Shown in pieces: positions 1 to 10,465 of a stretch of 64,000 nucleotides of DNA (position 1 is the stretch's first letter; the number at the start of each line of letters is the position of its first letter). Both the position numbers and the translations under genes were made by a program. The stretch is from Convolutriloba macropyga (lineage: Eukaryota), in the NCBI RefSeq assembly GCF_964194025.1, contig NC_134469.1, forward strand, positions 82,274,001-82,338,000. The letters are read 5' to 3'. A model generated the notes under the pieces. That model did no database searches. It saw only the letters and a program-made list of their open reading frames with translations, and was not told where the DNA came from.

Positions 1-22
1 ATAACAAGTGGAGAGGAAAGCA

Positions 23-24
<2 letters not shown>

Positions 25-62
<38 letters not shown>
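25..62. repeat. (TA)n microsatellite inside the CRE 3' region
   Basis: Pure TA run; the sequence on both sides is shared with the TA run at 5838-5869. Confidence 0.95.
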
Positions 63-63
<1 letters not shown>

Positions 64-150
64 CACACATAGGGAAATAGAATGGAAGGATTAAAATAAA
101 AATGGAACATCAAGGAATAAGCAAATGAAAAAGGATAAGCAGCCAAACAC

Positions 151-1341
151 TCAGTGCAGCCTTCCCTCCTCCACGACGGCGCTAATCGAAGTCTCACTGA
201 GAACACGAGGCTTGAGGGCACGACATCCCCTCAAGCAGAGAACGCAGCTCCTCAGAAGTGCGAAGCTGATTTTCGTTCGGATGTAGCTTATAGTGTCGGC
301 GTACGGCTCTCCGCGTTTTTCGCTGATCTTGGTTGCGAGTTGTTTCATAACGCGCGATGCTGATGGACCTGCACCACCCGAACAAGCAAAAACCAGTGCA
401 TTGAAGCTGCTGTGTTCGGTTTCGCGGATTCGCTCTTTGTACTTATTTCGCTTGATGCTCTCGTGATATTTGTATGCATCTTTTATGGTCTTAGGGCAGC
501 TCTTCGCATGAGGGTTGAAAATCTTCACATCGAAGAAAGTGCGATTAAAGCGGGAGCCCCACAGACCGTTTGCCTTGATGTCCAGTCGAGCGTCATCATC
601 AGTGGTGGTGGAATTACTCGAGAAGATTTCTCCATCGAGCGACTGAAGTTTTGGCTCTATCTGTACATCGTGGCAAACGTCATCCATCAGGTTTGCAAAC
701 ACATCTCTAATTTCGTTGTGTCGTAGGTGCGTATAACCACCTTTAGCGCAATGGAGGGCATGGGTGAGGCTGAATTCTTTCCCGCATGGGCATATGGCTG
801 GCGTGTTCTTCGCTTCCCAGGTGTAGCGAAGTGCTATTCCATCACGGAACTCAGTCTTCGTGAGGTCAAAACCATGTTTTGACAACGGAAGCGCGTTAAG
901 CCAGCTTGATGCTCCTTTCTCCGAGGCCAGCTGGATGGTATACTTCATTTCTGGTAGATTGTTTTCGATTCTGGATTTTTTCGAGATGAGTTCACGTTGA
1001 TTGTCTGCTTTCTGTCTGAGACTGATCTTGGTTTGTTCTACTTCACATTGTTGAATATTATTGAATGACGCCAATGGTCTTGAGAGTTCAACTGATTGCT
1101 CAAGATTTTTGTGAAGATCTTGTGGGAGGGCGATGTTAAGCCCACCCATTCTGAGAGGGAGAGAAAAAAAGTTCTCTTTCCTCTTGGATTACTTCTTTGC
1201 CGACGATGTTCGGTATGACTCGGCCAAGCCGCTCCTCCACCTTGTCCAGAACCCCGTCCATGGAAGGTGTAGTACGCGAGAGGAAGCTCAACTTCTGTTG
1301 AACCCCCTTCGTCAAACATGCATAGGCATTCTGGGGAGAGG
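151..1341 (-). pseudogene. C-terminal fragment (thumb, CCHC, RLE endonuclease) of the CRE ORF
   Basis: ORF 151-1149 (332 aa) almost matches the C-terminus of the 918-aa frame. An extra base in the A-run near 1163-1170 shifts the upstream part; the RT core is absent. Confidence 0.85.
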
Positions 1342-3021
1342 CATTCTGTGATTATAGAAAAGATAATGCAGGAATACAATCTAAAATAGACAGAGGTCTT
1401 TATTGAAGTCAAATAGTCTATAAAAAACCCGTTCCTTGATCCTAATGACTCTCCCTATAAAGCCATTTGTAACTTACAAAGTTAATAGTGAGTCGAAGAG
1501 TTCCCCATAAGGAACATACCACATATGGTAAAACATTAGTATTTTGAAATATCAAGTAACTATCAACCGTTCGACTGGATTTCTGGAGGATAAAATTACA
1601 AACCCAAATGAACTTCGAGAGAACGCAAACAAACTAATTATCACAAGGATCGAGACGGCTCTTGTGAGTCGGTGCCATGCATCTCACCTATTTTGTATTT
1701 TTCCCAAAAAGTGTTGTTTTTGAGCTACGAGAGGTGATAAAGACTATATATTTTACTCTCTCAATTAGCTGATAACATGCACTCTAGAAAAATTGTACCC
1801 TTGTGCTTATGGGAGTTTAAGGCCCAATTGGGGAAACTTAATTTGCTAATGACAAAAATAGCAGAAAATCTAAACCCGATATCAAACTCTATTTTGCACA
1901 CTGTTTTTCGTTTGAAACTTCAAATTGCCTTAGGACCGACGTCAAGTCCCATAAAAAGATTTATTGAAATATTCGTACACTGTTTTTTTGCAATGACAAA
2001 ATAAAGTAATTTTTTGTTAAAACATGGCACGTGCGCTTGGGCATGCTAAAAATATGAATCAACTAAACTTGGGGGGGGGGGGGGGAGGGAGGGGGACTGT
2101 GATTACAAATGCAAGTAGGAACTGTGATTATAGAAAAGATAAATAATGATAATATGATCTGAAATGGCCTTTTACCAAAAAAACTAAAAGGAACAAAGAG
2201 TCTGTTGATAGACTTGCAAGTATATGATCAATCTTAGCAAAACCACTGATAAATATAAATGGAAAATCGAATGAACAGCACCAGCTGACTCCTTTCTGAT
2301 TTCTTCTAACAAAAAATCAGTTAAAGCGTATCATTACAAATTTCCTTACTAGACTTCAAAACAAAAGTATAAATCTTACACTTTGGAAACTTGGCTGACT
2401 GACAAGGAAAGCATTTTTAATTGAGAAACTGAGGATCAAAAGAGTGCAAAATCTTTCTTTTTGCTACGCGAACAATACCAAGGAAGAAATATACTAAACT
2501 TGCATACAAAATCAACCGCAATGATAGGGATAGCAGTTTCCGACAATCTATCTAAAATTCAGACAATAAATATTTACACATCACAGGCAGCACGTAGAAA
2601 GAATTTTGTGCACTTCAAAATGGGTGTTTTGAAAACAAGCAACATTTCAGCTGCTATATCTTTTTCTTGTCTGTTGTATCGGGACATGAACAACAGTTAC
2701 ACAACAACACATTACGTAATTTTAACAAAGACATGCAATGAAATTCTCCGTAAAAAATCAAAAATATGCATTAATACCATACCAAAATATTAGTAGTGTA
2801 TAAAATATGCTATGCAACCACTTAAAAATATGTTAAAAACGCGTAATTTAGGTTACTTAAAAAAAATTAAGACTCCCTATTCGGCAGATTTTTCCTAAAT
2901 GAAGTTTCAGTATATGTCGACATATGTTGACATATTTTAGAATGCCGAGATATGTTGATATATTTTTGGTTTTAGTTTACATAAGAGTAGTAGGTAACAT
3001 GTGATATTTCAGCAACTTATA

Positions 3022-5757
3022 TATATACCGCGCGAAATATACCGCGAGGTCGTCACTTGGAAGCCCTCGTTCTTCACGCTCGGTAAGAATAAGACAGGGG
3101 AACAGTTCGCCGAAGCCCTTCACAGTGTCCTCTCCCCGATTGCCGTAAACACGGATAGATCCGATATATCTCTGACCCTCTGTATGATACTTCCGCATCT
3201 AACCCTCAGTCGAACAAAGAACACGGACGATGGATCGAACAATAAGACCATCAAGCGCAGACTGCAAGCATGGTACAGCTGCAACTTCTCAGAACTGTTC
3301 TGTGAAGCGAAGGCAATCCAAATGAGAATGAATTCAAGGAACAAACAGCAGCACTCTGACCTCAAGATGTTCAACGATTTCATGTCTCGTGGTAAGATCA
3401 GTAATGCTATTCGCGTTCCTTCGGATGAGCACAAAGGCGGCGTGCTCGCACCTACCGATCTCATAGACGGTAGACCGGTCCTCGAGATTTTACGCGACAA
3501 ACATCCTGAAGGTCAACCCTTGGAGCCCAATTGCATTCAGAGCGAACATCCACGCACGCTTCCTTACCACCCCGCTGTCTTCGACAAACTCAGTGCCAGG
3601 CTCGTCCGAAAGCATGCAATGAAGACTCATGGCAGTGCCGGGCCTTCAGGTCTCGATGCCGATGACTGGCGTAGACTACTTTCTGCTTTCGGGCAAACCT
3701 CCACGAACCTGAGCAAGCTTGTTGCCAAGTTTGCTAAGAGGCTGGCCACGTCCTCAATACCACCGGATGATTTGATTACATACAATGGTTGTCGACTAGT
3801 TGCTCTGGATAAATGTCCAGGAGTGAGAACTATTGGTATTGGTGAAGTAATGCGTCGCATCACCGGACGCATAATCGTTGACTGCATCAGGCAAGATCTA
3901 ACTTCCCTCGGTGGAAACATGCAACTGTGCCTGGGCCAGAAATGTGGCATAGAACATGCCATACATTCGCTTCGCCACAGTTTTGATGATCCCGAAAACG
4001 AAGCAATTCTTCTAATTGATGCCAAAAACGCTTTTAACGTGCTCAATAGACGAACAGCATTAGAGAACGAGAAAGCTTCATGCCCATCTTTGCATGTTGC
4101 CTTACAGAATTCCTATAGCCACCCGTCCCATCTCTACATCGGTAAGTCAACCATACTGTCTCAGGAAGGTATGACACAAGGCGATCCCCTTGCGATGGCA
4201 ATGTATGGAATCGCAATCCTACCCCTAATAGCAAGACTTCATAATGACTCTTTGACAGAAAAATGGTTTGCTGATGATGGTAGCGTCGTCGGTAAGTTGA
4301 AAGATATCAGGGCACTCTTCGACAAGCTCACTGAGCTCGGTCCCAGGTATGGATATCTTGTCAATCCTCCGAAGTGTCAGTTGATAATTAAGCCAGGAGG
4401 CGAGCGCCAAGCTTCAACTGTGTTTGCAGGCACAAATGTGGAAATCACGCAGGGCGCTCGAGTCCTGGGATCAGTTATCGGAAGCTCTGAGGCCAGTAAA
4501 AATTTCCTAAAAGATGCAGAAACTAAATACACAAAATGTTTAGACAGACTTGGTAAATTTGCTCTCACCTCTCCCCAGAATGCCTATGCATGTTTGACGA
4601 AGGGGGTTCAACAGAAGTTGAGCTTCCTCTCGCGTACTACACCTTCCATGGACGGGGTTCTGGACAAGGTGGAGGAGCGGCTTGGCCGAGTCATATCGAA
4701 CATCGTCGGCAAAGAAGTAATCCAAGAGGAAAGAGAACTTTTTTCTCTCCCTCTCAGAATGGGTGGGCTTAACATCGCCCTCCCACAAGATCTTCACAAA
4801 AATTTTGAGCAATCAGTTGAACTCTCACAACCATTGACGTCATTCAATAATATTCAACAATGTGAAGTAGAACAAACCAAGATCAGTCTCAGACAGAAAG
4901 CAGACAATCAACGTGAACTCATCTCGAAAAAATCCAGAATCGAAAACGATCTACCAGAAATGAAGTATACCATCCAGCTGGCCTCGGAGAAAGGAGCATC
5001 AAGCTGGCTTAACGCGCTTCCGTTGTCAAAACATGGTTTTGACCTCACGAAGACTGAGTTCCGTGATGGAATAGCACTTCGCTACACCTGGGAAGCGAAG
5101 AACACGCCAGCCATATGCCCATGCGGGAAAGAATTCAGCCTCACCCATGCCCTCCATTGCGCCAAAGGCGGTTATACGCACCTACGACACAACGAAATTA
5201 GAGATGTGTTTGCAAACCTGATGGATGACGTTTGCCACGATGTACAGATAGAGCCAAAACTTCAGTCGCTCGATGGAGAAATTTGCTCGAGTAATTCCAC
5301 CACCACTGATGATGACGCTCGACTGGACATCAAGGCAAACGGTCTGTGGGGCTCCCGCTTTCGTCGCACTTTCTTCGATGTGAAGATTTTCAACCCTCAT
5401 GCGAAGAGCTGCCCTAAGACCATAAAAGATGCATACAAATATCACGAGAGCATCAAGCGAAATAAGTACGAAGAGCGAATCCGCGAAACCGAACACAGCA
5501 GCTTCAATGCACTGGTTTTTGATTGTTCGGGTGGTGCAGGTCCATCAGCATCGCGCGTTATGAAACAACTCGCAACCAAGATCAGCGAAAAACTCGGAGA
5601 GCCGTACGCCGACACTATAAGCTACATCCGAACGAAAATCAGCTTCGCACTTCTGAGGAGCTGTGTTCTCTGCTTGAGGGGATGTCGTGCCCTCAAGCCT
5701 CGTGTTCTCAGTGAGATTTCGATTAGCGCCGTCGTGGAGGAGGGAAGGCTGCACTGA
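3022..5757 (+). CDS. Reverse transcriptase / restriction-like endonuclease polyprotein of the CRE element (open frame, N-terminus truncated)
   Basis: RT motifs GSAGPSGLDA, RTIGIGE, LLIDAKNAFN, QEGMTQGDPLAMAMY, WFADD, GYLVNPPKC; LFSLPLRMGGL; CCHC; RLE ARLDIKANGLW...FFDVK. The track's GTG start at 3001 lies in flanking DNA; first internal ATG is at 3184. Confidence 0.85.
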   Translation, partial: YIPREIYREVVTWKPSFFTLGKNKTGEQFAEALHSVLSPIAVNTDRSDISLTLCMILPHLTLSRTKNTDDGSNNKTIKRRLQAWYSCNFSELFCEAKAIQMRMNSRNKQQHSDLKMFNDFMSRGKISNAIRVPSDEHKGGVLAPTDLIDGRPVLEILRDKHPEGQPLEPNCIQSEHPRTLPYHPAVFDKLSARLVRKHAMKTHGSAGPSGLDADDWRRLLSAFGQTSTNLSKLVAKFAKRLATSSIPPDDLITYNGCRLVALDKCPGVRTIGIGEVMRRITGRIIVDCIRQDLTSLGGNMQLCLGQKCGIEHAIHSLRHSFDDPENEAILLIDAKNAFNVLNRRTALENEKASCPSLHVALQNSYSHPSHLYIGKSTILSQEGMTQGDPLAMAMYGIAILPLIARLHNDSLTEKWFADDGSVVGKLKDIRALFDKLTELGPRYGYLVNPPKCQLIIKPGGERQASTVFAGTNVEITQGARVLGSVIGSSEASKNFLKDAETKYTKCLDRLGKFALTSPQNAYACLTKGVQQKLSFLSRTTPSMDGVLDKVEERLGRVISNIVGKEVIQEERELFSLPLRMGGLNIALPQDLHKNFEQSVELSQPLTSFNNIQQCEVEQTKISLRQKADNQRELISKKSRIENDLPEMKYTIQLASEKGASSWLNALPLSKHGFDLTKTEFRDGIALRYTWEAKNTPAICPCGKEFSLTHALHCAKGGYTHLRHNEIRDVFANLMDDVCHDVQIEPKLQSLDGEICSSNSTTTDDDARLDIKANGLWGSRFRRTFFDVKIFNPHAKSCPKTIKDAYKYHESIKRNKYEERIRETEHSSFNALVFDCSGGAGPSASRVMKQLATKISEKLGEPYADTISYIRTKISFALLRSCVLCLRGCRALKPRVLSEISISAVVEEGRLH

Positions 5758-5834
5758 GTGTTTGGCTGCTTATCTTTATTCATTTGCTTATTCATTTTTA
5801 TTTTAATCCTTCCATTCTAGTTCCCTATGTGTGC

Positions 5835-5837
<3 letters not shown>

Positions 5838-5869
<32 letters not shown>
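5838..5869. repeat. (TA)n microsatellite inside the CRE 3' region
   Basis: Pure TA run with the same context as 25-62. Confidence 0.95.
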
Positions 5870-5871
<2 letters not shown>

Positions 5872-6947
5872 TGCCTTCCTCTCCACTTGTTATTTATTTT
5901 TGTGACTGGGCCGTCTTTTCACTGTCTGGAGGGGAACAGCTTGGAGTGCAGCATCCGGCTACTAAGTGCTACCCATCATGCCCTATTTTTCGACCTACAT
6001 CCATTGATGCCGGATGGTGTACACGGCCCTTTATTGAGATATTAGAATATATTATAAACATAAAGTGCAGATTGCCGGAAAATAGCCGCGATAGACGCTT
6101 GTGGCCTCCCATGGAATTGAAATAACAGATTGAGCACCAGCCTTTTCACAGACCACTAGACTTTTTGGGTAAGATTTAGACTGTCATTTTTATAGTCACA
6201 AAGGCTCTATAAACAAAGCCCTAATAGAGCTTTTTCAAAAACGAAATTCGAAATCAAAAACTCAAGACATTAATACTCAAGAATTTGGGCACATACGTTT
6301 GGCACAACTTAGATGCACACAATTGAGCAGTTTTTACATATGTCGTTCCAAGAGATTGAAACATCATAACCTGACAAATAAGGAAATTTTCTGTCGTTAC
6401 AAATTTACCAGTTTCAAACGATATCAATTTATAACATTCAGGCATTTTTATAACTGATTAACAGTTATATAGGCTATCCCCATTTGAAAAAAGAAATCGT
6501 GTTTTAAACAACATGAAGTCTATTGAAAATGGCTACCACCTAAAAACCGATTATCGAGAATTGACAAGAACAAGCCTTCTAACTGACATGATCAAAGTAA
6601 AAAACAAAGAAAACGCAAAATAGAAAAAATATTACAAATGATTGTATTAACAGCAAAACAATAACAATATAAAAGCTGATGAATCGGCTGTTTTTCAAAT
6701 TCTTTAAAATTTAAAAGCAATATTTTATAGAAGACAGGAATGAAAATAGGAGTAATAACAATTATCAACTAATTATCTTATTCAGCGCGTTATCCACAAA
6801 ATTTGGTGCAAAAAAGTTTTGTCGAAAAAATGCTTTCAAGACCTCAATTTTGATATTAAAAAAACAATCTTGCATTGAAGCACTTACAGAATTTAGGTTG
6901 TATGAGCTCAAATTGTAAAAAGTGCTGTTCACGTCAACGGTTCAGCT

Positions 6948-7598
6948 CCCAGGTCGAGGTGTCACCGCTAAAAATTGCTAAAAGATGTAAGATTTGCGGT
7001 GAATTTGAGGTAAAAGTGTAAGATTTGCGCTCATTAAAATGAATGCGGTGAAAAAATCTTTTAAGCGGTAAAAGAAATTTTTTCACAGCTACCAGCAGAA
7101 TGCCGTGAACAAAAATTTTTCACCGCTAAAATCGCAAACCTTACAAATATTCATCGCTAATTTCAACGCTTATTTTAAATTCACTGGAAATATTATTGAA
7201 GTAAGTGACAAATGGCGCAGCGGAATAAGAAGTTGGAGACCTGCAGGAGGTGAGTGGTTCGAACCCGTGTATAGCAGTTTCTTTTCTGTAAGAAATCCGG
7301 TGATTTCTGTAAGAAAAAAATTCTGTAAGAAAAAAATTCTGTCTTTTCTGTAAGAAAAAAATTCAGAAGAGATTCAGTTTATGATTTATTTTAAAACAGC
7401 ATTCTGTTGGTAGCGCTGAAAAATTTATTTTTGCCGCATTCTGTTGGTAGTGGTTAAAATTTCACCGCTAAGTCCGCAATTCTTACAAAAATTCACCGCT
7501 TTCACCGCATTCAACGCTAAAAGATGAGGGCACTTTGCAGTAAAAAGTTTTTGCCAACGCTAATCTTGCATTATTATTTGGCAAAACCTGGACCCGGG
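6948..7598. mobile_element. Foldback MITE-like element, one per macrosatellite unit (e.g. also 8926-9576, 12639-13272, 26252-26885)
   Basis: Imperfect terminal inverted repeats CCCAGGTCGAGG-TGTCA ... TGACAAAACCTGGACCCGGG (TGGCA in units 1-2). Many sub-terminal CACCGCTA/GCGGTG motifs and inverted CTACCAGCAGAATGC / GCATTCTGTTGGTAG blocks. No clear TSD. Confidence 0.6.
7213..7266 (+). promoter_or_regulatory. tRNA-type (Pol III type 2) A-box/B-box pair inside the MITE, repeated in every unit
   Basis: A box TGGCGCAGCGG (7213-7223), 32-nt spacer, B box GGTTCGAACCC (7256-7266), T-run about 17 nt downstream. Consensus-like boxes also start at 20627, 22605, 24560 and 26516; mutated in units 2-6. Confidence 0.6.
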
Positions 7599-10329
7599 TG
7601 TGAAATTCACAAAGCGAATTAAATTTTACAAGCAGCGACAAATTTCTTCCAAAACTTCCAAAATCCGTTTCTGCAGAAAATTTCTTGAGATGGATAAGAT
7701 ACGAGAGACACTGATTTTTAAACGTTGAGCAAAATCAGAGGCAAACCAGCGTAACAACAAATAAGCTGACGTGTCCAGCAGGCATCTGTGATAGGACAGC
7801 TTTTATTGCTAAAAAAACGTATTTCTATTATGCTAAATCAGTGATTAATTAGGCAACATTCCGTATCTGTAAACACTAATACAAATTAATCAACACAGCT
7901 GGAGCAGGGGCAGACTGTCAGAAAAAAGCGCCATAGTCTTGTAAATCTGCGGTGGCAAAATGAAAAAAAAAAAGAAAAACAGGCAAAATGGAAAAATTGT
8001 TATTCTTACTAAATGTGAACCAGTGCAACATACTTCTGCTTCTATTCAAATAGATTGACGCACGCTCATCTGAACATTTCTTTTTGAAGAAGAGTACAGA
8101 AAAGTAATTCTGAGAGTGAGGGAATCCATTCATTTTTGAGAGAGTTAAGTTGCTCGGAACCAAAAACTGAAGCATAACCGACTAAAGTCGGGCGAATTGC
8201 TCTCAAACGACCGGCGAGCGGTTGGCTTTGTCAGTAGCTAGCCACGGTTTAGTGAGGATAGCTTTGGTTTAATTAAGGAGCGTGAGGTGAGGGTAATAGA
8301 TGGTGACATCACACCACATAACAGCTGAAGTTAAGCATCAACAAGAGATATGGAAAAAGAGAGAGAGAGAGAGAGAGATTGAGTGTGCGAGAGATGAAAC
8401 ATGAACGAGAAAGAGAAGGAAATGAACCCGAAACAACATAGAGAGAGGGAGTGCTAAGAATATTTTCCATGCTGAAATAGGACTCTGCAACTGAAGTCTA
8501 TTGAAAATGGCTTCCACCTAAAAACCGATTATCGAGAATTGACAAGAACAAGCCTTCTAACTGACATGATCAAAGTAAAAAACAAAGAAAACGCAAAATA
8601 GAAAAAATATTACAATTGATTGTATTAACAGCAAAACAATAACAATATAAAAGCTGATGAATCGGCTGTTTTTCAAATTCTTTAAAATTTAAAAGCAATA
8701 TTTTATAGAAGACAGGAATGAAAATAGGAGTAATAACAATTATCAACTAATTATCTTATTCAGCGCGTTATCCACAAAATTTGGTGCAAAAAAATTTTGT
8801 CGAAAAAATGCTTTCAAGACCTCAATTTTGATATTAAAAAAACAATCTTGCATTGAAGCACTTACAGAATTTAGGTTGTATGAGCTCAAATTGTAAAAAG
8901 TGCTGTTCACGTCAACGGTTCAGCTCCCAGGTCGAGGTGTCACCGCTAAAAATTGCTAAAAGATGTAAGATTTGCGGTGAATTTGAGGTAAAAGTGTAAG
9001 ATTTGCGCTCATTAAAATGAATGCGGTGAAAAAATCTTTTAAGCGGTAAAAGAAATTTTTTCACAGCTACCAGCAGAATGCCGTGAACAAAAATTTTTCA
9101 CCGCTAAAATCGCAAACCTTACAAATATTCATCGCTAATTTCAACGCTTATTTTAAATTCACTGGAAATATTATTGAAGTAAGTAACAAATTGCGCAGCG
9201 GAATAAGAAGTTGGAGACCTGCAGGAGGTGAGTGGTTCGAACCCGTGTATAGCAGTCTCTTTTCTGTAAGAAATCCGGTGATTTCTGTAAGAAAAAAATT
9301 CTGTAAGAAAAAAATTCTGTCTTTTCTGTAAGAAAAAAATTCAGAAGAGATTCAGTTTATGATTTATTTTAAAACAGCATTCTGTTGGTAGCGCTGAAAA
9401 ATTTATTTTTGCCGCATTCTGTTGGTAGTGGTTAAAATTTCACCGCTAAGTCCGCAATTCTTACAAAAATTCACCGCTTTCACCGCATTCAACGCTAAAA
9501 GATGAGGGCACTTTGCAGTAAAAAGTTTTTGCCAACGCTAATCTTGCATTATTATTTGGCAAAACCTGGACCCGGGTGTGAAATTCACAAAGCGAATTAA
9601 ATTTTACAAGCAGCGACAAATTTCTTTCAAAACTTCCAAAATCCGTTTCTGCAGAAAATTTCTTGAGATGGATAAGATACGAGAGACACTGATTTTTAAA
9701 CGTTGAGCAAAATCAGAGGCAAACCAGCGTAACAACAAATAAGCTGACGTGTCCAGCAGGCATCTGTGATAGGACAGCTTTTATTGCTAAAAAACGTATT
9801 TCTATTATGCTAAATCAGTGATTAATTAGGCAACATTCCGTATCTGTAAACACTAATACAAATTAATCAACACAGCTGGAGCAGGGGCAGACTGTCAGAA
9901 AAAAGCGCCATAGTCTTGTAAATCTGCGGTGGCAAAATGAAAAAAAAAAGAAAAACAGGCGAAATGGAAAAATTGTTATTCTTACTAACTGTGAACCAGT
10001 GCAACATACTTCTGCTTCTATTCAAATAGATTGACGCACGCTCATCTGAACATTTCTTTTTGAAGAAGAGTACAGAAAAGTAATTCTGAGAGTGAGGGAA
10101 TCCATTCATTTTTGAGAGAGTTAAGTTGCTCGGAACCAAAAACTGAAGCATAACCGACTAAAGTCGGGCGGATTGCTCTCAAACGACCGGCGAGCGGTTG
10201 GCTTTGTCAGTAGCTAGCCACGGTTTAGTGAGGATAGCTTTGGTTTAATTAAGGAGCGTGAGGTGAGGGTAATAGATGGTGACATCACACCACATAACAG
10301 CTGAAGTTAAGCATCAACAAGAGATATGG

Positions 10330-10365
<36 letters not shown>

Positions 10366-10465
10366 AGTGTACGAGAGATAAAACGTGAACGAGAAAGAGA
10401 AGGAAAGAAACCCAAAACAACATAGAGAGAGAGAGTGCTAAGAATATTTTCCATGCTGAAATAGG

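Larger units (their letters stand above)
1..1341 (-). mobile_element. CRE-clade non-LTR retrotransposon, copy 1 (5'-truncated; 3' end runs off the window edge)
   Basis: Near-identical reverse complement of ~4568-5892. Encodes CCHC (CPCGKEFSLTHALHC) and restriction-like endonuclease motifs (RHN..., ARLDIKANGLW...FFDVKIFNP, KRNKY). Homology to copy 2 stops at 1341. Confidence 0.9.
3022..6040 (+). mobile_element. CRE-clade non-LTR retrotransposon, copy 2 (5'-truncated)
   Basis: Boundaries set by comparison with the empty site at ~11690-11750; the 3' boundary is uncertain by about 10 bp. RT, CCHC and RLE lie in one frame, followed by a 3' region with internal (TA)n. Confidence 0.9.
1781..6513 (+). 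repeat. Block A (interrupted by CRE copy 2), duplicated at 10466-12205
   Basis: 1781-3021 plus ~6040-6513 align at high identity with 10466-12205 (e.g. ORF 2461-2793 vs 11144-11473). Confidence 0.9.

Noticed and set aside
2290-2420. Possible APE-endonuclease relic (TLETWLTD)
   Set aside because: Only one short motif; no collinear supporting motifs could be read.
3001-3021. GTG start and N-terminus of the 918-aa ORF
   Set aside because: These bases match the empty-site flank in block A', so they are not part of the element; the frame is 5'-truncated.
7205-7280. Functional tRNA gene array
   Set aside because: A and B boxes are present, but the acceptor, anticodon and T stems do not pair, and the boxes are mutated in half the units.
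8265-8295. GGTTTAATTAAGGAGCGTGAG|GTGAG in the array units resembles nematode SL1 plus a splice donor, tempting because some CRE elements target spliced-leader arrays
   Set aside because: No Sm-binding site (RAU4-6GR) follows. The first half belongs to the HINE-like element and the rest to an indel block absent from the 30833 copy. The CRE copies are not inserted in the units.
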